A stretch of 64,000 bases of DNA from the NCBI GenBank assembly GCA_965223265.1, contig OZ244999.1:2372957-2436956 (forward strand). The letters are read 5' to 3'. The position numbers and the translations under genes are program-made. Position 1 is the first letter of the stretch, and every line of letters begins with the position of its first letter. A model generated the notes under the pieces. That model did not search any database. It had not been told where the DNA came from and worked only from the letters and a program-made list of their open reading frames with translations. Shown here piece by piece: positions 7,883 to 16,274 of this stretch. Origin of the DNA: Planctomycetota bacterium (lineage in GTDB: Bacteria; Planctomycetota; UBA8108; SXIK01).

Positions 7883-10035
7883 GGGGACGTTCACGGGTGC
7901 TACGACGAACTGGAGGAATTGCTCAGCACGCTCGGTTATAGCGCGACCGACCGTGAACCGGCGAATCCGCTGGAATCATCGCGAGTCTACAGGCATCCCG
8001 AAGGACGGAAGCTCGTCTTCGTGGGCGACCTCGTGGATCGGGGACCTCGAAGCCTCGATACATTGAGGCTTGCGTACACGATGGTGAAGGAGAGCCTGGC
8101 GATCTGCGTCCCGGGGAACCATGACATCAAGCTCTTGCGAAAGCTCCGGGGAAAGAATGTTCAGATCACGCACGGGCTTGCGGAAACGTTGGCTGAGCTG
8201 GAATCCCTGCCCACGGAGACCCGTCCAGCATTCGAGGACGAGGCAATTCGCTTCATCGATGGACTCGTGAGTCACTTTCTGCTGGATGACGGCAAGCTTG
8301 TCGTTGCCCACGCTGGGATGCGGGAAGACATGCAGGGGCGAGCCTCCGGGAAAATACGGGAGTTTGCCTTGTTCGGTGAGACAACCGGCGAGACGGACGA
8401 ATTTGGGTTGCCCGTGCGCCACGACTGGGCGTCGGAGTACCGAGGAAACGCGACGGTCGTTTACGGTCACACTCCAATTCCCGAGGCGGAGTGGCTGAAC
8501 CGAACGATCAACATCGACACCGGTTGCGTGTTCGGCGGGAAGCTGACCGCGCTTCGCTACCCGGAGAAGGAACTCGTTTCTGTCGATGCGCGTCAGACCT
8601 ACGCCGAGTCGCGCCGTCCATTTCTTCCCGAGGAGGAGCAGGCTCCGAAGCTCTCCGCACAGCATCAGCACGACGACGTTCTCTACGTCGAAGACGTGAG
8701 CGGGAAGCGTCAGGTCCACACCCGGCTGCGCAAAGCGGTCACGATCCGTGAGGAGAACGCCATCGCGGCGCTGGAGGTCATGACCCGCTTCGCTGCAAAT
8801 CCGAAGTGGCTGATTTACCTGCCGCCCACGATGTCTCCATCGGAAACCAGCAAGGAAGAGGGGCTACTGGAACACCCGCAGGAGGCGTTTAGCTTCTACC
8901 GAGGTCGCGGAGTACCCAAGGTCGTCTGCGAGGAAAAGCACATGGGCTCGCGGGCGGTCGTGATCGTCTGCAAGGACGAGGGCGTCGCTCGCGAACGATT
9001 CGGCGTCGAGGGGGACGGGGCGGGGATCTGCTACACGAGAACTGGACGACGATTCTTCAATGACCGGGTGCTCGAATCTGAGTTCATCGATCGCGTGAAA
9101 CGTGCGTTCGATGAGTCCGAGATGTGGAGCGAGTTGGGCTCGGATTGGGCTTGCCTCGATTGCGAGTTGATGCCGTGGTCCGCGAAAGCTCAGGAATTGC
9201 TTCAGCACCAGTACGCGGCTGTCGGTGCGTCAGCGAAGGCTGCACTGGCGGAAGTCCTTCCCGCTCTTCGAGGTGCCGTAGAACGCGATCGCGAGATTCA
9301 GGAGCTTGTTGACCACTACTCGCATCGAGCGGAACTCGTCACACAGTACACGCAGGCATACCGACAGTATTGTTGGTCAGTGTCCAGCGTCGATGACCTG
9401 AAGCTCGCCCCTTTCCACATCCTCGCGACCGAAGGCTCGACGCACGTAGACAAAGACCACGTGTGGCACATGGAGACGATCAAGCGATTCTGCAGAGTCG
9501 ATGAGAGCCTACTCCTTTCGACGCCGTACCTTGTCGTCGATTTGATGGACCGCGCGAGCGAAGAGGCGGGAATCCGGTGGTGGGAGAAGCTGACCGGCGA
9601 TGGCGGCGAGGGGATGGTCGTCAAGCCTCTCGATTTCGTCGCAGTCGGGAAGCGCGGATTGATGCAACCGGCAGTGAAGTGCCGGGGTAAGGAGTACCTG
9701 CGGATCATTTACGGACCGGAGTACACAGTCCCGGAGCATTTGGAGCGTCTTCGAGGACGGGGGCTGTCAGCAAAGCGGTCGTTGGCGCTTCGAGAGTTTG
9801 CCCTGGGCGTAGAGTCTCTTGAACGGTTCGTTCGGAAGGAGCCGCTTCGCCGCGTCCATGAGTGCGTGTTCGGAGTACTCGCATTGGAGAGTGAGCCGGT
9901 CGATCCGCGTCTTTGACCGGAGGTGTCGATTGGAAACGGAGATCGCCAGTTACTTCCGCGAACTGGGGCAGTTAAAGCGCGTGAAACGTTCGGGCTGGTG
10001 GCTCGAGCACGCTGAATGGCTACCGGGACAACTAA

Positions 10036-10480
10036 CGCTTCTACAACAAGTTCTTCGGCAAGGATCTGGGTCACGAGATTACGGTCGAGAAGATCGAACG
10101 TTTTGTGGACTACTTCCGAGAGCCGGCAAGATTCCCGGCGATCGTGGAACGACTCACGAAGGAGTGGCAGGCTAACTACCCCAAACGGAAGGTACCGGCG
10201 GTACACTTACCAATGGGAAAGCGATCGGAGTTGAACGCCGCGAAACGACGTGAGGTGGTGCTGGCGTTGATCAAGAGAGAAGAGCCCGCAAGTTGGCTCG
10301 AAGGTATGAAATCTCGGAGCGACGCTGTATCGCTGGCGGGACGAGTTCCTCTCGGCCGGGGAGGCGGCGCTGTCGCCGAAGAAGACCGAGAAGGGAGACC
10401 TTCAACGACGAAAGATCGAGCAGCTGGAACGTGAGCTCGCTCAGCGTGACCAGGTCATCGGCGAGCTCACCATCGTCAGC
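10036..10480 (+). pseudogene. IS3-like transposase OrfA remnant (HTH + leucine zipper), frameshifted and 3'-truncated, preceded by a paralog of the 3377 ORF N-terminus
   Basis: Frame 1 reads …KRSELNAAKRREVVLALIKREEPAS. Frame 3 carries ARRYEISER. Frame 2 reads TLYRWRDEFLSAGEAALSPKKTEKGDLQRRKIEQLERELAQRDQVIGELTIV. Together these form a classic OrfA HTH plus zipper. No OrfB follows. Confidence 0.55.
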
Positions 10481-10507
10481 TTGGACGGCAAACTCCTCCA
10501 GCTCTTT

Positions 10508-11428
10508 CTACAGCCCATACTCGGTCCCGTTCGGCATCCAGTCGCGACTGATGAACCCCTTGCTGTAGACGCGGGCTGCCCGGCCATCATCGAATACGAC
10601 CGCGACAGGGGAAAAACGGTAAAAGGGACTGATCTCCAGGCGCTCGTCGGGCGCATCGCCGTACAACTTCTTCGCGAAGATCGAAATCGACAGCCCGGAA
10701 GTGATCGCTTCGTTGTGCGCCGGTTTGCCGAGCAGAGCATTCACCTCGGCTATGGACATTCCAAGTTCGATTCGGAGGCCATCAAACTGGCGCAACAGTT
10801 CGAGGTTTCGCTCGAAGCCTCTCTTGATCCGAGCCTTGTATCCCGTCAAGGTCATCAACGGCTCGAAGATGAAGAGGGGAATCTGGGGCCCAGACTTCGG
10901 TCTCGGCTGCGAGTACCTGTCGATGACTGCGCCGATCTCCCTCCGTGACTGTCCCGGCAACGACAGGATTTCGTCGATTCGACTCTCGTCCTCTACGCGC
11001 CACGTCTTTGGTCGGCTTGCCGTGGTACCCCGGTAAGGGTAACTCTCCAAACTCTTCGGAAGCGAGCGGAGGATCCTCAGGAGCGAATCATCTTTGAAGA
11101 GGCCGTAGAAGGCGATCCCAGATTCGGTCTCTGGCCGGTTCCTGATGAAGTACGTCGTGAGCAGGTAGGTGCTGCCGTCCTTTTGGTAGGTGAACAAGTG
11201 TCGCCCTGCCGTTCCAAGCAGGTCAATCGTCTCTCGTCGCGTCACACCGGGGCGGAGGTCCAGAAAACCGGACGGCTCGACGAGAACGTGTCCAGTCATC
11301 TCCTCGAACGCCGTTTGGTCCCTGCTCTTCTCCTCGCGAGGCTCGGTGTTCTGGCAGCCAATCAGCACCAGCCCGCTGAAGGCCAAGGCGATTCCCTTCA
11401 GCCATCCGGTCCGCGGCTTGTTGTCCAT
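10508..11428 (-). CDS. Hypothetical lipoprotein
   Basis: Start MDNKPRTGWLKGIALAFSGLVLIGCQ (lipobox L-I-G-C). 306 aa. Confidence 0.55.
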   Translation of the reverse strand: MDNKPRTGWLKGIALAFSGLVLIGCQNTEPREEKSRDQTAFEEMTGHVLVEPSGFLDLRPGVTRRETIDLLGTAGRHLFTYQKDGSTYLLTTYFIRNRPETESGIAFYGLFKDDSLLRILRSLPKSLESYPYRGTTASRPKTWRVEDESRIDEILSLPGQSRREIGAVIDRYSQPRPKSGPQIPLFIFEPLMTLTGYKARIKRGFERNLELLRQFDGLRIELGMSIAEVNALLGKPAHNEAITSGLSISIFAKKLYGDAPDERLEISPFYRFSPVAVVFDDGRAARVYSKGFISRDWMPNGTEYGL

Positions 11429-11577
11429 GCCGCCATCGTAGCCCGATCGGGCGCGAGTGCTACGGAGGAAACGCGGTCTCAGTGACGGACGCGACACCAC
11501 CGTATGTTCTTGAAGCGGTGTCGTTCGGCGATGACATGCGTCTCCATCTGGCACCGTGGCCGGTTCTGAGGCCAAGA

Positions 11578-11618
11578 TGAAAAAAAGCCCCTACGACTCG
11601 TCGTCGTAAGGGCTTCTG
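11578..11618 (-). terminator. Rho-independent terminator downstream of tRNA-Asp
   Basis: Minus strand GAAGCCCTTACGACGACGAGTCGTAGGGGCTTTTTTT, a GC-rich hairpin followed by a T7 run. Confidence 0.6.
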
Positions 11619-11624
11619 AATACT

Positions 11625-11701
<77 letters not shown>

Positions 11702-11733
11702 TCAACTGAGCCAGTCGGGTATATCATCGTTCG

Positions 11734-12474
11734 TCAGGATGTCAAGCCGGTTTTGCCGCTGAGGTGGGCTCCCGCCAGGCGGTAGCGCTGGCTGTCCCAG
11801 TCAAAGTGGATGTTCAGATATTTTCTCAGCGTCGTGGACACGCGCTGGGACAACTCGTCCGGGCTCAGGTCGGTCTGGTAGCCCGAGATCAGCACGCGGC
11901 TGGTAATCTCCGACACCTTGAGCGGCGTCGGCGACTTGTCCAGCACATCGATGATGTAGTCCTTCAGCCTGGTCTTGTTCTTCGGCAAAATCGCCTGGGT
12001 CTCTTCTGTGAGCGTGTACTTCTTGCCTTCCTTGCGAAACGCCTCGTACTTCTTCAGTGCCTGGAACACCGTGTTGTAGAAGGACCGCTGGCTCGTCGAG
12101 TTCGACTGGTACCCTGCGTCTGGCAGTCGCCTTTGAATCTCCGACGGTGACAGGGGTTCGCTAGCGTCGTGCAGCACCTGCGCGATGTAGTCTTTGAGGT
12201 TCTTCTTGCGACGACCGGCGAGGTAGTTCACTTCGGCCTTCTCGGCCGGCTTCTCTGGCGCGATCTCGGTCGTCGGCGTCTCGCTGCCATGCGTCTGCCG
12301 CTTTTCTATCGCGTCGATCGCATCCTCTACCGTTCTCAGCTCAAGCCTCAGCCGATCCCGCTCGCGGAGCAACTCGCCAAGCTCTGCGTTCTTTTTCTTG
12401 ATCTCGAGCAGCTGCTCAAGATCCCTTATCGTCAGTTCTTCAATGACGGTCTTTGGTACTTTCGACAACATGTC
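11734..12474 (-). CDS. Coiled-coil protein with two tandem HARE-HTH-like winged-helix domains
   Basis: Two ~65-aa repeats (LKDYIAQVLHDASEPLSPSEIQRRL…GKKYTLTE and LKDYIIDVLDKSPTPLKVSEITSRVL…SQRYRLAG) fit the HARE-HTH pattern. An N-terminal coiled coil precedes them. Confidence 0.5.
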   Translation of the reverse strand, partial: DMLSKVPKTVIEELTIRDLEQLLEIKKKNAELGELLRERDRLRLELRTVEDAIDAIEKRQTHGSETPTTEIAPEKPAEKAEVNYLAGRRKKNLKDYIAQVLHDASEPLSPSEIQRRLPDAGYQSNSTSQRSFYNTVFQALKKYEAFRKEGKKYTLTEETQAILPKNKTRLKDYIIDVLDKSPTPLKVSEITSRVLISGYQTDLSPDELSQRVSTTLRKYLNIHFDWDSQRYRLAGAHLSGKTGLTS

Positions 12475-12992
12475 GGACCCCTCGTGCGCGCAGGGCACGC
12501 TTGGATGTCTGGCGCGAGTGCACCAGCTCCTCTGACGAAGTCGATCAGCCGACCGATCAAGACGTTCACTCGTCGTGTTGGACACGACGGAGATTCGATC
12601 GCCAGCTGCAAGAATCCTTCAGGCGGGCTCTGGCGCGCTTACGCCGTTCACTTCACGCAGACTGTAGATAGAATTGCGTAGCTACAGTCGCCACTTCTTT
12701 CCATAACGCTCTCTTCACGAGCAGTTCGAGTCGTTGCCATCGAGCCGCGATGCGTCAGACGGAGAGCTTCAGACTGAAGATCGTACTCTCAGCACTCCGC
12801 CAGTCACGCCGCGCTCATCACGCTGGGCGACGGTCGCCTTGCGACTGCTCCTGCCACCATGGATTGGCCAAACGCTATGCGTTCCCGGCATACTTGGCCA
12901 AACCACCTTTGACCGGAGCTACGGATCGATGGACCACCAGGGGAGATTCTTTTCTCGCAGGAGGCGCGCGTTTGACCCAATCCCCCCGCGGG

Positions 12993-14408
12993 CTATACGG
13001 CGCCGTAGACACTTCCTTTCGGAGGCATTGTAACTTGAGGTCGTGACCGATCCAGTGGATTTCCATCTTTTTCCGGCAACGTAGCGTTTGTCCCGGTGGG
13101 GATGGCGCTCTTGAACGACCACTCGAGGCCCTGCAGGGCCTCGCCCAGATGGTGGTAGAGAACTGGATCGAACAGCCCCCGCTCTGTTGCCCGCCCCAGT
13201 CGTGCCCACGCGTCGTCAAAGGGCATCGCAGCGCGATGGGATCGCGGCGAGATCATCGTGCAAAGGCTATCCACGATCGCCATCAGTCGCGCCATCTGTG
13301 GCACCTCAGCGCCGCGTTTGCCGGCTGGGTAGCCGCTGCCGTCGTGTCGTTCGTGGTGGTCTTGCGCGCAGTGGGCGACATCCGCGCTCCAGGACTGAGT
13401 CGCTGTGATCAGGGCGCATCCGATCCGAGTGTGACCGTGAAGGTGGTGATGGTCGCTTTCACTGAGAATGTCCGGCCGACGCAGGGCTGCCTCGCGAACG
13501 AACGGCATGCCGATGTCGTGAAGCAAACCTCCGAGGACGAACACCCTACGCGCCGGGTCGCTATAGCCAAGTCGATTGGAAATCCGGTGGCAAACCGAGG
13601 CGACGAGTACTGAGTGGGCCGCGGTTGGATCCGATGCGCCTCCACAGGGAACCAGAAAGCGTAGATCAGCGTTCGGATTCTCCACAAGAAACTCTGTCAG
13701 CGAGTCCACCAGAGCCTCGACGCGGTCGACCAGCAGAATGCGCCTCTCCAGAGCTTCCTGAAAAAGTGCTTCAGTGCGGCGGAGCAGGTTCGTGGCGATT
13801 TGATTGTGTGCCGCGGTGAGCGATCGCGAGCTTTGACGCTCACGCGCGCGGCGGGGAGGGCGACTCGACGTCGATGGTCCCATCCTAGCGGACTGCCGGC
13901 GGGGAGGCGCTTCTCCGGCAGGCTCGGCGACGACAGGCGGCACTGGCTTCGAGTCGCCACTCTTCAGCTGATCGGAGCTGGCGGCATCAGCCTGCTGCGC
14001 CTGCGCCGTTGGGCTCTCGTCGTCTTCCTGGCGAGAGACATGATAGAGCGTGTGAAGCGCTTGTTCGCGTACTGCAGAGCTGAGCGGTCTGCGAACGACC
14101 GACTCAGAGAGGTAACATCGAATCGCTTCTGTGTCACTCAGTTGCATGACAATCGCTGGGATCCTTTCGAGCCCAAGCCGCTGCGCGGCAAGGAGGCGTC
14201 GGTAGCCGCAGACCACCTCGAGCCCCGTCGACTTTTCACGCATCAGGAGTGGGGAGAGGATGCCATGAAGTGTGATCGAGGCAGCGAGATCCGTCACGCT
14301 GCTCTCTTCGCGATCCGGAAATGGCTTCTCGAGGATCGGCTGATGTCCGTGTTCTCCTGCCTTGGCGTCGAGATGGATCCATCTCAGTTTGTCTTTTCGT
14401 GCCTTCAT
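12993..14408 (-). CDS. ParB/Srx-like N-terminal domain fused to HD-GYP phosphohydrolase domain
   Basis: N-terminal GILSPLLMREKSTGLEVVCGYRRLLAAQRLGLERIPAIV carries the ParB GxRRxxA box. C-terminal LGGLLHDIGMP…HHERHDGSGYP is an exact HD-GYP signature. The ATG at 14408 overlaps the upstream gene stop. Confidence 0.7.
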   Translation of the reverse strand: MKARKDKLRWIHLDAKAGEHGHQPILEKPFPDREESSVTDLAASITLHGILSPLLMREKSTGLEVVCGYRRLLAAQRLGLERIPAIVMQLSDTEAIRCYLSESVVRRPLSSAVREQALHTLYHVSRQEDDESPTAQAQQADAASSDQLKSGDSKPVPPVVAEPAGEAPPRRQSARMGPSTSSRPPRRARERQSSRSLTAAHNQIATNLLRRTEALFQEALERRILLVDRVEALVDSLTEFLVENPNADLRFLVPCGGASDPTAAHSVLVASVCHRISNRLGYSDPARRVFVLGGLLHDIGMPFVREAALRRPDILSESDHHHLHGHTRIGCALITATQSWSADVAHCAQDHHERHDGSGYPAGKRGAEVPQMARLMAIVDSLCTMISPRSHRAAMPFDDAWARLGRATERGLFDPVLYHHLGEALQGLEWSFKSAIPTGTNATLPEKDGNPLDRSRPQVTMPPKGSVYGAV

Positions 14409-15955
14409 GCTCGCTCCGCTTCCTTTCTTCCCGGCACCGCCGCCGTCCGTCGGTGTCGTGTGGCCGCCCTCGTTGGCTTGGCCGCCGGTGGTCGTTCGTC
14501 GCCGTGCCACCAGAGTCGGCGACGAGTGTGATTGATGACGATGCCTTCGAGTTGGGCCTTGGCCTCCAGCAGACGGGTTCTCGCCCAAACCGCTCGCATT
14601 CTGTTCGTAGTCCCTGGTTCGACGACGAGCAGGGTCGCTTCCGTGCTGCGCGCGCATGCGATCGACGCTGGGTGATCGCTGAGCGCAGGTGTGTCGCAGA
14701 GCACGAAGTCTGCCTGCCGTCGAAGTTCCAAGAAAAACGGGCGCAATTGATTCCGCGTCAAATATTTCGGCTGTAGAAAAGAAATTCCTCCGGCGCAAAT
14801 CAGGCGAACGTTGGGCATGGCGGTGCGAGTCAAGGCGCGGCGGGTCAATTCCCAGCGCTCGCCGTCGGACCCGGCGGCGTGAGCGACTAGTTCGGTGAAT
14901 CCAAACTCGATTGCGGTGTTGAAGTGATCATGGAGAGCTGGATGGGAGACGTCCGCGTCGACGACGATCACCCGATAACGGCGGCGACTCAGCTCCTGTG
15001 CGACGCGATAGACGAGCTGCGTTCGGCCCTCGCCGCGCTCGGTGCTCGTGATGCAAACGCTGCGCAGGTCGCAGTCCTCACTGACCTGAACGAGGTGATC
15101 GACAAGTTTTTTTGTTTCGTGCTCGTGCCGTCTGACGCAGCGGCGGTCGTTTCGAACGCGCGCCGGAAACTCCGCCGTCACCACCGCGTGAAGGGTCTCT
15201 TCCACCTCGACGACGCTCTTGAATCGGGTGGCGTAGCGCTCCGAGAACCAAGCCGAGGCGAATGCGGTCAAGATTGACACCACGCTGATCCCGAACGCGC
15301 CAGCCACGCCGAGGCCTCGCGTCGGCGCGGCTTCCGTGAGGCTCGTCACCACGAATCTGCGCTCTGGCGTTGAGCTTCGTCCATCGGCCGTGCGCGTGAT
15401 CGCCTCGGCGACGGCCCACGCAAAGAGTGTCGCCCGATCTGACGAGCCGTCGGACGCGCTCACGGCCAGACCTTCGGCCGTCGCTGTGACTTCAACCGAT
15501 CGCCTCAGCGCCGCACTCAGACCTCGGTCGTGCCACCTGCGGGCGACCGCTTCGGACTTGAGCGCGCGAAGTTTCCGTCTCTCGGCGCGACGTAGAAAGA
15601 GGGCGCTCTGAAATTTCGTTTCGCCGCCGACCAATCGAGCGGCCTCCCACCACGTCCGCACCTGAAGCTGCCGCCGCGTTCCCGTTCGAAGGGATCCAGA
15701 GTGGACGTCGCGGCTCTCGGATTCGTGGAAGCGTTTCGACTGGTTTCTGAGTGAGGTCGGTGGCTCACACGAAAGTGATGCCGTGGCGACCGACGCAAGG
15801 TTGAGGTTGCCAGCGACTGCCGCGTAGCTCAGGAGCGGTATGAGGCCGCCGAGTGCGTACGCCTTCCAGTAGCGCCACGGCTGATTCGAAACACGTCGCC
15901 ACGTCTGCCGCCTTCTCTTTCGTACATCTTCGCGAGGCATCGTGTTGACGATCAC
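14405..15955 (-). CDS. Polysaccharide co-polymerase / BY-kinase-like protein (two TM segments, degenerate Walker A)
   Basis: Two TM segments flank a short periplasmic region. C-terminal ITSTERGEGRTQL (Walker A with K replaced by R), VIVVDADVSHP (A') and VLCDTPAL (B), a Wzc/CapB-type layout. Confidence 0.55.
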   Translation of the reverse strand: MIVNTMPREDVRKRRRQTWRRVSNQPWRYWKAYALGGLIPLLSYAAVAGNLNLASVATASLSCEPPTSLRNQSKRFHESESRDVHSGSLRTGTRRQLQVRTWWEAARLVGGETKFQSALFLRRAERRKLRALKSEAVARRWHDRGLSAALRRSVEVTATAEGLAVSASDGSSDRATLFAWAVAEAITRTADGRSSTPERRFVVTSLTEAAPTRGLGVAGAFGISVVSILTAFASAWFSERYATRFKSVVEVEETLHAVVTAEFPARVRNDRRCVRRHEHETKKLVDHLVQVSEDCDLRSVCITSTERGEGRTQLVYRVAQELSRRRYRVIVVDADVSHPALHDHFNTAIEFGFTELVAHAAGSDGERWELTRRALTRTAMPNVRLICAGGISFLQPKYLTRNQLRPFFLELRRQADFVLCDTPALSDHPASIACARSTEATLLVVEPGTTNRMRAVWARTRLLEAKAQLEGIVINHTRRRLWWHGDERPPAAKPTRAATRHRRTAAVPGRKEAERA

Positions 15956-16274
15956 TTCCTCTGGCCACGGGTGGTGCGATGTCGCTCACTCGCTCTGTCT
16001 TGCGGTCGTTCTCGCGCACTCAGGTATCGGTCGGTCGTCTGCATCCACCCGACCGAGATCGACGCTTGAGCGCTTTTTTGCGCACACAATTGGCGGCTGC
16101 CGTCGTGAGTGGTCGTTATCGGCACGGGGGGCGCTTCGCGCAGCCGTGCCGCGGGGCTGTGGCTAGGTTCAATTCCGCTCATGCGAGCTCTACTATCCAG
16201 TCGACACTTGGAATAGAATCACGGCCGGAAGCGAAAACGGGCTCCAAGCGGCGGGAGAAAGTGGCCAGATTGTC

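Larger units (their letters stand above)
5836..9916 (+). pseudogene. pnkp: Polynucleotide kinase-phosphatase/ligase Pnkp, interrupted by an IS4-family element (kinase part 5836-6402; phosphatase+ligase part 7895-9916)
   Basis: N-terminus MKVTVPELSLVVLIGPSGSGKSTFARKHF…DFCRGLISDDENDQTVT (P-loop kinase) ends …FDIIGDVH, then IS DNA follows. Downstream of the IS the same frame resumes GCYDELEELL…GNHD (metallophosphoesterase), followed by a ligase-like domain with KHMGSR. Joining the two parts gives an 863-aa Pnkp. Confidence 0.85.

Noticed and set aside
13149-13613. 154-aa plus-strand ORF (and other ORFs between 13187 and 14531)
   Set aside because: They lie entirely inside and antisense to the ParB-HD-GYP gene, which has strong domain signatures.
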